DNA from: Octopus sinensis
Lineage: Eukaryota
Direction: 5' to 3'
DNA: 64,000 bases
Assembly (NCBI RefSeq): GCF_006345805.1
Contig: NC_043013.1
Span: forward strand, 2,728,001-2,792,000
Positions 63,501-64,000 of the stretch are shown piece by piece; the first letter of the stretch is position 1, and the number at the start of each line of letters is the position of its first letter. Under the pieces are notes generated by a model, which searched no databases, was not told the origin of the DNA, and saw only the letters and a program-made list of their open reading frames with translations. The translations under genes were made by a program, and so were the position numbers.

Positions 63501-64000
63501 AGGTAGAGACGAAGAGAAACAGCAATGATAACCACTTGAAGAGGGGAATTACATGGTTAAAACGTTTGTTGAAGTTAAAGATAGAGAGAAAACGAAGAGA
63601 TAGAAATATAAAGTGTTTAGCAGAATGAAATTCTAAACATCACATATTGTTGTGACTGACAAGAGAATAACATTTGAATACTAAATTTTTTTTTGTATCT
63701 CCTATCTGTCGATCTATTTATCTATCTATCCACATTGACAAAAACATCGCTGCGTGGTCGGCGGAAAGAATATATGGGATATAATAATAACATTATCATA
63801 GAGAGGTAGATTTTTCAATGAAAGTGAAATAACTTAGCAAAATAGCCGTTGATGCTATTTTTTTTTTTTATATTTGTTATTCGAACTTTGTTTTGTCAGA
63901 CTAGATAGAAACATCGACAACAAGAAAAGTAGATTCGAAGAAATATTTGAACTGAACTGAATTGAAAATAATCTTGTTTAGGAAGCAACGAAGACTGAGC

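Overview
Eukaryotic, AT-rich, extremely microsatellite-dense DNA. The SINE, LINE and microsatellite inventory is what I would expect of a coleoid cephalopod, probably Octopus (inference from repeat content). No intact host protein-coding gene can be supported: nearly all listed ORFs are translations of microsatellites or fragments of transposable elements. Recognisable elements are about 30 copies of four or five tRNA-derived SINE families; LINE remnants (CR1-like, RTE-like, Tx1/L1-like, and many R4/Dong-type pieces in (TAA)n tracts); a Penelope-like GIY-YIG fragment; and DNA transposon remnants (mariner, DD37D/maT-like, hAT/Charlie with 8-bp TSDs, pogo/Tigger-like MITE, Merlin/ISXO2). The most interesting signal is a set of hammerhead-ribozyme (HHR) folds from several unrelated repeat families. 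The best case is a ~505-bp TSD-flanked insertion at 10376-10881 that joins a Pol III tRNA-type head, an (AGA)n linker and a minimal type I HHR, plus an inverted second HHR copy across a palindromic junction. It looks like a ribozyme-bearing SINE mobilised in Penelope fashion. Other highlights: a SINE sharing its 3' tail with a Tx1-like LINE, a non-coding retroposon found only in (TAA)n, SINE head/tail swapping, an exactly collinear duplicated CCAAT-CRE-ETS promoter module (40561-41203), several unique hairpins and a candidate 5-nt microexon. All calls were made by eye, and the boundaries of decayed elements are approximate.
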